Positions 51,757 through 60,305 of a stretch of DNA of 64,000 nucleotides are shown here, one piece after another. The stretch is from a virus (Duplodnaviria; Caudoviricetes). Every line of letters begins with the position of its first letter. Position 1 is the first letter of the stretch. Made by a program: the position numbers and the translations under genes. The stretch lies in the IMG/VR virus record IMGVR_UViG_3300021426_000072, positions 32,001 through 96,000 of that record, one strand, 5' to 3'. The notes beneath the pieces are model-generated. The model saw only the letters and a list, made by a program, of their open reading frames with translations, searched no databases and was not told the DNA's origin.

Positions 51757-53698
51757 ATGATGAATGTTTATGATTTGTATCAAGGTTTAATCTGTATGTG
51801 TAAAGACAAAGAATGCTGTGAATGTTATGATTCTTGCCCGTATAAAAAGAGAAATGGGAATAAAGACAATTGTAACTATATGGTAGGACTTGATGCTTTG
51901 GAAACAATTGTAGAGTTAATGCAAGAAGTGGCTCAGTTAAAACAAGCTCTTAATGTTTCTGAAAAGGAGAAAAACGACAATGTTGCTACGACTTAAAGAA
52001 CAAAACGTATCTGGATATTATGGTGTAGAACAAGCTATTATAAGAAAACTTGGAGAAATTCCACCGGAGAGTTTGCTTGTTCAGATTAGAACAAAACACA
52101 GAGAAGATGAAGAATGGCGGGATATAACAGAACTGTTAATTCAAGAAGGAACCTCTGATGATCCTAAATGGATTTGGGAATCTGACTGGTGGGAAGGTGA
52201 GCAGTTTGTTGATCTCGTTGCTGTAGCTAAGATTTGGCAAGTTGACATTAGTGAAGACTTTGCTTTTGAGGAATGATATGACATACAAAGAAGCTGCTGA
52301 TATGATACGCGATGACATGCGTTTACATCATGATTATTTAAGTGGGCAATATAGGAAAGCTCTTAAACTTGCAGTCGAAGTCCTTGAAAAACAAAATGAA
52401 CCGACTTCTCCTAAATGGAGAAGCGATCCTGTAACAAAAGCACAAAAAGAAATGATTGCACAGATGCAGGAAAATGCTGGTATAAATGGAGCGTTACATT
52501 TACCTGAGTTTACGGGAACAACTAAAGGTGAAGCCTGTGATTATATTCAGGCAAACGCCCATAAACAATATGAAACAATGGACTATTTGTGCCATGAAGA
52601 TGCAGGTGACAGAAATGGTTAAGTTGACAGCAAGTCTTGAACACTGGCTTTTTGTAAATGAGCCCAAATTATTGGTTTTAATTGGATTTGGACATCTTGA
52701 ATGTTTTACCGAAGAAATGCAAAAGAAGTATTTGGAGTGGGTACAGACAGAAGAAGGACGGTCATATCTAAAAGGTGGAAAGAACTACCATGACCCAAGA
52801 TAAATAAAAGAAAGAAGAAAAAGAATCATGACTATGTATGTTGATTTTGCTGTTCAAAAGAATTGTTGGAATTTAATTGATAGTTATGGAGAAATGTGTG
52901 TTGGCTGCGGATGCTGCCTAAAAGACAAAAAGAAACGTTATGAAAGCCGCATTCGCTGCCTTGAACGATGGATAGATGAATGGAAAAATTTTGACGGCTG
53001 GATCGAAGGATGTGAAGATCTGCAAAGAAAGAACATCAGGTCAAATCTCAAATACTTTAATCGGAGATTGCGTTATTACAAATCCAGGCTGAAAAACATG
53101 GGTAATGAAAAATGAATAAGACTAAAGCACTTGTTGAACGTATCAACGCTGACGTTGAAATGCTTGTTAATTCAGAGAGTATGACAGATTGTACTTCTGC
53201 TTATGTTCGTGTTATGGACTACCTTGCTAATCTTTATCTTTCAGTAATGAAAAAGCATGTAAAAGCGGGAAAAGATCATATGTCAGTATTGCCAAAGAAA
53301 GATTGTTAAGGAAATGAGAATGTATAGCAAAGTAGATATTGGGCTGAGATGCTGTTTGGCTGATGATAGTGATTGTAAGCTTTGTCCTTATATGGGCAAA
53401 GGCACAGCGAAAATAGACTGCGCAACGCTCCTTATGAGAGACGTTTTAGAACTAGTTGAATGTCAGGAAATAAAGATAGGTATACTGCAAGTCGAAAATA
53501 GGGCATTGATAGATGCACGAATTAGAGCTTCAAAAAGAGAAGATAAAAAGAAAGGCAAACCAAATGAGCGCAACAGTTTATAAATGGATTGTTGTCTATG
53601 AAGATGGTAGAACCGAGGAAAAACGGGGAGAAGCTCCGTGGTCTTTTGCAGATGAATTGGATGAAACTCCAGTTGCTATCATCAGAAACGGATGGTAA
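51757..53698 (+). CDS. Run of small hypothetical phage ORFs
   Basis: Tightly packed co-oriented ORFs of about 60-126 aa, several Cys-rich. Confidence 0.55.
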
Positions 53699-53749
53699 TA
53701 AATTATTGCGGGTAATGGAAAAGGTATAAATTCTTGCCCCGCAATTTAT

Positions 53750-53821
53750 GGCTTGTTAGCCTAGTGGGTTAGGCACGCGGCTGTTAACCGCGCTAGGGGA
53801 GTTCAATTCTCTCACGAGCCG
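53750..53821 (+). tRNA. tRNA-Asn(GTT)
   Basis: CGCGG-CTGTTAA-CCGCG; T loop GTTCAATTC. Confidence 0.85.
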
Positions 53822-54240
53822 CATCTTATTTTATTGCGATGCCTTAGTTGGTCGTAATACAAATAAGATTGAAGGACTTAACGTTCTTCTGGGGGTTGTT
53901 TTTACAACCGCTACCTAGCTAGTAGTAAAAAAAGCTTTAACTGGGTGGCGCCCGCTCCGAAGTTATGCCCGCCAGAGACAAAAGATCGCGTATTCCGTCT
54001 AGCCAGCGGATATAAATCGACGATTTATGTACAGAGCATTAAGTGGTAATTAGATAGGAGCATTATATCATCGCCGCCGCAAGCGACGGCACATACCGGG
54101 AAAACCCCACCTTACCCAAACTTTAAGCATATACATGCTTCCGCATAAAAGTTTGGGTTCTACACGCAGAAATAAAGATAAAATTGTCTGCGTAAAACCA
54201 CCATAACAAAAGGATTAATAAAAAAAGGAGTGATTAATTT

Positions 54241-54852
54241 ATGGTGAAGGTTTATTGCACTACTACTGCTGGACGGTCTTGCGATCTGTTTGACGAGAAC
54301 ACGAAAATTCGTGAGGTTTTCGAACATTTCGGTGCGGACTATAAAGTAGGAACAAACAGTATCGAAAACGTTCGCATTACCAAGGAAGGTCTGGAAAAGA
54401 CTCTTCTGGAGTGGAAAGCTGGCGATGTGTGCCATCTGTCTTGCATTGTGAAGATTGACAATGCTGCTCGTATGGAAGTTTCTGGCGCTGCTGCTATCCT
54501 GATTTCCGATGTTTCTCTGGAAGACTGGAAGCGTGTTGAAAAGTATGCTCCTGAAGCTCTGAAGCTGTTCGACGAAAACGGAGATGCAGACTTTAAGGTT
54601 TCAACTCGTGGTTCTGCCTCCGGTACTATCACTGATCATGGCGTATCTTTCGGTGCTTACAGCAACAAAGAAGGTAAGGCTACTGTTACTATCATGCTGG
54701 ATACTGGCAACGAAGATAAGGTTGCTGCTGTTAAGGAGCTGTTCGGTAACACGCTGCTTGATCTGAATCGCATTGAAGCGAAGATTCCTGAGACACTGAA
54801 AGATATCGCAAACAAAGAAGCGGAGATCGGTAAGCTGATTACTGAAGCTTGA
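54241..54852 (+). CDS. Ubiquitin-like (beta-grasp) N-terminal domain fused to an unknown C-terminal domain
   Basis: About 75-aa N-domain with a beta-grasp-like pattern ending HLSCIVKIDNA; first gene of the E2/JAB/E1 operon; strong codon bias. Confidence 0.55.
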   Translation: MVKVYCTTTAGRSCDLFDENTKIREVFEHFGADYKVGTNSIENVRITKEGLEKTLLEWKAGDVCHLSCIVKIDNAARMEVSGAAAILISDVSLEDWKRVEKYAPEALKLFDENGDADFKVSTRGSASGTITDHGVSFGAYSNKEGKATVTIMLDTGNEDKVAAVKELFGNTLLDLNRIEAKIPETLKDIANKEAEIGKLITEA

Positions 54853-54864
54853 TCTCCGTTGCAT

Positions 54865-54900
54865 TAGGGAGCCGGGTGTTGTAACCCGGCTCCCTATTTT
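54865..54900 (+). terminator. Internal terminator/stabilising hairpin after the Ubl gene
   Basis: TAGGGAGCCGGGT/ACCCGGCTCCCTA plus TTTT. Confidence 0.75.
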
Positions 54901-54924
54901 AAAAGAAATGGAGATATAAAAGAA

Positions 54925-56457
54925 ATGTTTAGAGAAGCAATTGCTCTCATTGATCCTATTCCGAAAGAATATGGAAATAATCTTATTCGTCTGAACGACG
55001 AAGTTGACTGGTCTTTAACCTGCCTTGGTTTGGCTTTACTTAAATCTCGAATTCCCGACTATAATGGAATTGCTGGAAGATGCGATTTGTACGAAACAAG
55101 ATCTACTTTAAGAAATTGTATCATGCATTTTAAAGCGGATAAACAGGCCGCTGAAGAAGAGCATCCAGATTGTCCGGCATTCTTTTACTATACATACAGA
55201 AGTGATGAAGACGTTAATGTTCTGGAAGAATTAAACGATCCTTCCTTCAAAACAAATATAAAAATTGAAACATTAATTCGTCAGAAATCAGAAAGCAAAT
55301 GTCACGTTATTTACAATGATACCAAGCCGTGTGCTGCTATTTTCATTGATAATCGTGACATTAGAATTTATCATCTTTTAATTTCGTTTCTCTCTTTGTA
55401 TTTCCCGACTCTGTTTGCTGAAAAGCCAATGGAGAAAAAAGATTATGATGTTGTGGTCACCCTGAATAAAAAGGAACAAGAACCATTTATTCAGGCGATT
55501 AAAGAAGCTTTAATCCCGTATGTTGGTGATTTCAAAAAGACGCAAATGAAAGCGCTGATTAAAGCAATGCACAACAGTAAAATCAACGCTGTCTTCAAAG
55601 CTCTCACAAAACAGCGGGAATACTCAACTTCTTTAATGAACCAATATCGCGAAGCTCAAAGAGAAGTTAGAAGATTAAGTATTGAATATGAAGGATCTCT
55701 GGTTGTAGAAACTATGGACGAACCAGAGGAAGAACTTGTTGACTTTATTTCTTCTAACGAACAAGTTCGTACTTTAACTATGAATGGAAACGAAATCCGG
55801 TTTACAGTTCCTACCAGATTAAATAATTTTAACTGGGAAGAGTTTGAAAGCAGTAGACGCCGTGATGAAATTTCTCCAGCAGATGGAATCTTCAATGGAA
55901 AGTATGAACATGCTGGCTGGGGTACAAACAATCTTTTACCTGTGTTTATGGAGAGAGAAAACCGGAAGAAATTCTTGAGTTATATCTTTCGTGAGGATTC
56001 TGATATCTCTGTCAAGATTGTAAGTAATTATATTCTTGATCTTGTAGCGAATACAGCAACGGTTAACAAAAACTTCAATTATATTGAAGCTGATCCAATG
56101 TATAAAGATTATATTCCGAATCCTCATCATAAAATATTTGCATGTCTTGGTGGTTATGAAGGCAGAATTCCAGATTTGCTGGCAAAAAGAAATTATGTTG
56201 CTGCCGTTCAGCTTTGTATTGCGTCTGCAAGCAGCATTGATATTGCTGAAAATGAGCAGACGTTCCGTCCTTTCTTGTCTTGGTTGATGACATCAAAGAA
56301 TAAGGTTCTTATCAGGAACGATGGAGAGAATATGACTCCTGAAGAAGCTCTGATTTGGATCATTGACAAAGAAAAGAACGAAGCAAAACAGAATGAAGTA
56401 GAAGTAAAAGTTGACTTGGAAACAACAGAAACGAATAACGAGGAGAAAACAGAATGA
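54925..56457 (+). CDS. Coiled-coil protein with putative prokaryotic E2-like domain
   Basis: IPNPHHKIFACLGGY resembles the E2 HP(H/N)...C.G catalytic region; located between Ubl and JAB. Confidence 0.6.
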   Translation: MFREAIALIDPIPKEYGNNLIRLNDEVDWSLTCLGLALLKSRIPDYNGIAGRCDLYETRSTLRNCIMHFKADKQAAEEEHPDCPAFFYYTYRSDEDVNVLEELNDPSFKTNIKIETLIRQKSESKCHVIYNDTKPCAAIFIDNRDIRIYHLLISFLSLYFPTLFAEKPMEKKDYDVVVTLNKKEQEPFIQAIKEALIPYVGDFKKTQMKALIKAMHNSKINAVFKALTKQREYSTSLMNQYREAQREVRRLSIEYEGSLVVETMDEPEEELVDFISSNEQVRTLTMNGNEIRFTVPTRLNNFNWEEFESSRRRDEISPADGIFNGKYEHAGWGTNNLLPVFMERENRKKFLSYIFREDSDISVKIVSNYILDLVANTATVNKNFNYIEADPMYKDYIPNPHHKIFACLGGYEGRIPDLLAKRNYVAAVQLCIASASSIDIAENEQTFRPFLSWLMTSKNKVLIRNDGENMTPEEALIWIIDKEKNEAKQNEVEVKVDLETTETNNEEKTE

Positions 56458-57218
56458 GACATCTAATATTGTCTGAAAAAGAAAAGGAAATTTTGCGTAA
56501 AGAATTCTCAACTGCCTTTGATAAGGCAGTTGAGGAGTTTTCTTTTAATGCTTCAAAGGAGAAATTTTCTTTAACCGTAAAGTTTAATAAGCCTTCGGAG
56601 CAAAAGGTCGTCATTTCTTATACACCACAGGCTTTTGTTAAGATGTATTCTCTTGTTCATTATTATGATACCGAAATTGGTTGGTATGGCTTAGTAGAAA
56701 AGACAGGAGAATATTCGTACCGGGTTTATGATGTAAAAATCTGTAAGCAACTCGTAGATGCAGGCCGGGTAAAAACAGACGATGACGACACCAGAGAATT
56801 TTACAATTCACTGACAGATGAAGAAGTTAATGCTATGCGTTTTCAAGCTCACTCTCATGTGAATTTTAAAACTACTCCTTCTGAAATTGATATTCAGAAT
56901 CAGATTCAAATTGTAAAATCTCTTAGGAATAAAGGGTTTTATATCTTCCAGATTTGGAATAAGAAAGATGATATTAATTCTTTCGTATTTGATCTTGACG
57001 CAGGCGTTATGTACGATAAGGATGATATTATTTGCACAATTGAAAATGATGATTCAAATATTACGGATTGGCTGATGGAAACAAAAGCCTGTGTTGTGGA
57101 AAAGAAAGTACTTCCTGCTTATCCTTATTATCCTCAAAACGGAAATGTTAAAACAGAAGGATGCCAGAAGGAATTCTTTCAGGATGAATCCGGTTGGAAC
57201 GAGAGGTTTTACGAATGA
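56454..57218 (+). CDS. JAB/MPN metalloprotease
   Basis: EIGWYG and HSHVNFKTTPSEID (HxH-x7-S-x2-D); ATGA overlap with the E2 gene. Confidence 0.85.
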   Translation: MRHLILSEKEKEILRKEFSTAFDKAVEEFSFNASKEKFSLTVKFNKPSEQKVVISYTPQAFVKMYSLVHYYDTEIGWYGLVEKTGEYSYRVYDVKICKQLVDAGRVKTDDDDTREFYNSLTDEEVNAMRFQAHSHVNFKTTPSEIDIQNQIQIVKSLRNKGFYIFQIWNKKDDINSFVFDLDAGVMYDKDDIICTIENDDSNITDWLMETKACVVEKKVLPAYPYYPQNGNVKTEGCQKEFFQDESGWNERFYE

Positions 57219-57886
57219 ATTTAGCTAAAAGTGCAGAATTTTTCGATCCGTTTTCCTGTAAAGGGAAAATTCACATTATTGGATGCGGATCTGTTGGATC
57301 TACTGTAGCAGAACTGTTAGCTCGTTTTGGGCTGACTAATGTGAATTTATATGATTTCGACACGGTTGCTGAACATAATCTGGCCAATCAGATGTTTGTA
57401 TTGGATGATGTTGGGAAAAATAAAGCAGAAAAGGTATATGACCGTTGGGTAGAAATCAATCCTGAAGCAGCACATACTATCCGTGTTTTCAAGGAAGGAT
57501 GGAACGGACAGAGGTTATCAGGATATGTCTTTCTCTGTGTTGACAACATTGAACTGAGAAAGAAAATTGTCGAAGAAAATAAGTACAACCTTGACGTTAA
57601 AGCAATGTTCGATTTCAGAACTGCTTTAACCGATGGTCAGCATTATGCTGCTGACTGGGAAAGAGATGACGACATAGAGCATTTGCTTGACACAATGGAC
57701 TTTACGCATGAAGAAGCAGAAAAGAATGTTCCTGTAAGTGCATGTAAAATTGCTTTATGTGTAATGCCAACCGTATGGTCTGTAGCAATGTCTGGTGTTG
57801 TGAACTTTATTAACTTCGTCAAATATGGAAAACTTGAAAAGTCAATGATTGTAAAACCATTTGATTTTGAAACTATTATATTCTAA
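57215..57886 (+). CDS. ThiF/E1-like activating enzyme
   Basis: IIGCGSVGS, DFDTVAEHNLANQ, VGKNKA, CVDNIELR, DFR, SAC; ATGA overlap with JAB. Confidence 0.92.
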   Translation: MNLAKSAEFFDPFSCKGKIHIIGCGSVGSTVAELLARFGLTNVNLYDFDTVAEHNLANQMFVLDDVGKNKAEKVYDRWVEINPEAAHTIRVFKEGWNGQRLSGYVFLCVDNIELRKKIVEENKYNLDVKAMFDFRTALTDGQHYAADWERDDDIEHLLDTMDFTHEEAEKNVPVSACKIALCVMPTVWSVAMSGVVNFINFVKYGKLEKSMIVKPFDFETIIF

Positions 57887-58297
57887 TGCATAAAGAAATA
57901 AATCTTATTGTATAGGGTTTACATTTAATGTTATTAGATGTTTCACTTTGACCGGAAATGGAGGCACGAAGGCCTACGGCCGTCGGGACGACGTACTGGG
58001 CTCGAACCGGTGGCTGCAAAGCGTGCTGCGGGCTGCGAAGTGGCGGAGATGCTCGAGACGCAGTTCAACTGGATCAGACTTATCAGGATCTCGATAATTA
58101 ACTATCGAAATGATAGGTGAAAGCCGGATGACTGAAGAAACTGATGAACGGGAGATCGCGCAAGGAAGCAGGTGAAGTCGTGTTGGCGACAGCGCGGCAC
58201 ACGATCGGAATGAAGGGGCCCGGGGTCACATGCCTCAAAGGCGCCTGCAGCCAGGTCCTCCAGGAGACTCCAGCTCTCAACATTTTTAGTTTATGCA
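57887..58297 (+). ncRNA. Putative retron-like msr/msd ncRNA
   Basis: Flanked by inverted repeat TGCATAAA (57887-94) / TTTATGCA (58290-97) with a G right after the 5' arm; core is 58% GC in an AT-rich genome; immediately upstream of the RT. Confidence 0.6.
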
Positions 58298-58310
58298 AAG
58301 GAAGAAGAAA

Positions 58311-59465
58311 ATGTATTACGTAACAACAGTATTAAGCAAAAAGCCTGTGCAGTTAACATGGGAAGATGTCATGTTTGATAAGGTGCCGTTGAATGCACTG
58401 CAAATGAATGAATCAAACGGTACGTCTACGATCACAAGAAAATATGAAACAATTAGTCCCGAAATTCTTGAACAGGCTGATGTAGAAAAGATTATTAATT
58501 GGCTAAAACTATACAATCTTCGGTATAAAGAACTTTTTGAAAAAGACAGAAAAACTTTATACCACAGTTTCAAAATTCCTAAAGCCACGGGAGGGTATAG
58601 AGATATAAATGCTCCGTGCGACGAACTTCAGGATGCTCTTCGAGTATTGGTAAGATTCCTGTCTGAAGATTGTGGGATTTTATATCATACGGCTGCGTTC
58701 GCATATATTAAAGGACGCAGTATTGTTGATTGTGTGAAAAGACATCAGAATTTCAACAGCAATTGGTTTTTGAAAACTGATTTCAGCGGGTTCTTTCCGT
58801 CTACCACAATCGAATTTGTAATGAAAATGTATTCAAAGATATTCCCGCTTTCGGAAGTATGTAAAAATGAAGAAGGTTATGCTGAATTAAAGAAAGCATT
58901 GTCTCTTGCTTTTCTGGACGGCGGACTTCCGCAAGGAACTTGTGCTTCCCCGTTCATTACAAATTCAATGATGATTCCGATTGACCATAAATTGTCAAAT
59001 GAATTTGCGAAGCGGAATTTAATGTATACCAGATATGCAGATGACATTCACATTTCTGCAAAAGAATGTTTCCCGTGGAAAGAAATCGTGAAAAATATTG
59101 AAGACGCACTGACAGAGTTTGAAGCTCCTTTCAAGATTAAGCCGGAAAAGACTCATTTCGGTAAGAAGGCTGGCAGATCTGCAAACTGGTGTTTAGGACT
59201 TCTTTTGAATAAAGATAACAATATTACAGTTTCTGCCAAGAAGAAAGCTCAGTTTAAGGCTTCTTTGTGTTCATTTATTCTTGATACACGGAATGGAAAA
59301 TATTGGAATCTCGAAGATGTATATCATTTAAGAGGTTTGCTTTCTTATTACAGCATGGTTGAAAAAGAGTATTTTGAAAATGTAATTAAGCAACAAGAGA
59401 ACAAATGGAAAGTAAACGTAAGCAAAATTTTTAAAGATTATTTAAGCGGAACTATTAATGCGTGA
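58311..59465 (+). CDS. Retron-type reverse transcriptase
   Basis: FKIPKATGGYRDINAP, AFAYIKGRS, KTDFSGFFPS, GLPQGTCASP, YTRYADDI, KPEKT, LRGLLSYY; no maturase or nuclease domain. Confidence 0.9.
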   Translation: MYYVTTVLSKKPVQLTWEDVMFDKVPLNALQMNESNGTSTITRKYETISPEILEQADVEKIINWLKLYNLRYKELFEKDRKTLYHSFKIPKATGGYRDINAPCDELQDALRVLVRFLSEDCGILYHTAAFAYIKGRSIVDCVKRHQNFNSNWFLKTDFSGFFPSTTIEFVMKMYSKIFPLSEVCKNEEGYAELKKALSLAFLDGGLPQGTCASPFITNSMMIPIDHKLSNEFAKRNLMYTRYADDIHISAKECFPWKEIVKNIEDALTEFEAPFKIKPEKTHFGKKAGRSANWCLGLLLNKDNNITVSAKKKAQFKASLCSFILDTRNGKYWNLEDVYHLRGLLSYYSMVEKEYFENVIKQQENKWKVNVSKIFKDYLSGTINA

Positions 59466-59643
59466 GAAAAGAAATGCAGGATATTTCTGCTCAATAAATG
59501 TTATTTGTTGAAACAACAAGTATTATATAAACTTTTACCATGAAATAGTTCAAACACGAATTTTCGCGGGTTCAAGAACCCAGCTCAAATTCTTGTTGGA
59601 ACTATTTCAGGTAAGGTTGTGATAAATCATAGTTTTCTTGCGC

Positions 59644-59677
59644 AGAGCGGGTATAAAAATACTCGCTCTTTTTTTTA
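59644..59677 (+). terminator. Rho-independent terminator after RT locus
   Basis: AGAGCGGGTAT/ATACTCGCTCT plus T-tract. Confidence 0.8.
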
Positions 59678-60235
59678 TGTGGAGTTACGCCTATGTATTA
59701 ATACCGAGCTGGCCTCTCGGTGCTCCGTAATTTAATAAAAAAGAAAGATGTGCTACAACTCCCCTTGTGCTTGTTTGGACGGCGAGTAGCATAAATCAGA
59801 TTTCTCTCCATACGTCTTTTTGTTCGAGATATCTCACACAAGATACACCTTCATGTTGACCTTTCTGTATGGAGTTATTTTCTGTAAGAAGGTTCTGTGG
59901 TTGCAGAACCTTTTTCGAATGTTAGTTTAAGTAAAACGACTTTAAGTAAATGAAAGTTCAAATCTTTCACATTCGAATTATTACTGAGCGATAGAACACT
60001 TATTGGTTTATTGGCATGGCCCGTCATTTAAATAGTTATGACGTTAAATGTGATCGAGTTTGCGGATGGACTCGGCACCTCCTTTCAGTAAGAGACATTA
60101 ACCAATAGGACACTATCATCCTGCCTGCTCAAGCATGAACCCTATACGGTGCGTGTCTCTCGCCGTCTTGACAGGGAAGGCATCTCCATAAGGCAGGACT
60201 TTTGAATATAATTGGTTTGTTTCGGTAATTATTTC

Positions 60236-60275
60236 GGTACCGAAATTTGAAGCCATTTAAAAAGATATATAAGGG
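60236..60275 (+). promoter_or_regulatory. Conserved phage promoter-like motif, copy 3
   Basis: GGTACCGAAATTTGAAGCCATTTAAAAAGATATATAAGGG, upstream of RNAP 2. Confidence 0.65.
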
Positions 60276-60305
60276 AAAACGAATAAAAAACAAATCAAAC
60301 AAAAA

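Noticed and set aside
57938-58298. Small ORFs 57938-58120 (+) and 58098-58298 (-) as retron effector
   Set aside because: No RBS or recognisable motifs; better explained as by-products of a GC-rich ncRNA.
58311-59465. Group II intron or DGR reverse transcriptase
   Set aside because: No maturase or intron domain V, PQG rather than the DGR-type SQ signature, and no TR/VR pair or avd gene seen.
59916-59976. Ochre suppressor tRNA (TTA) implying recoding
   Set aside because: The anticodon stem is essentially absent and TAA is used as a normal stop throughout.
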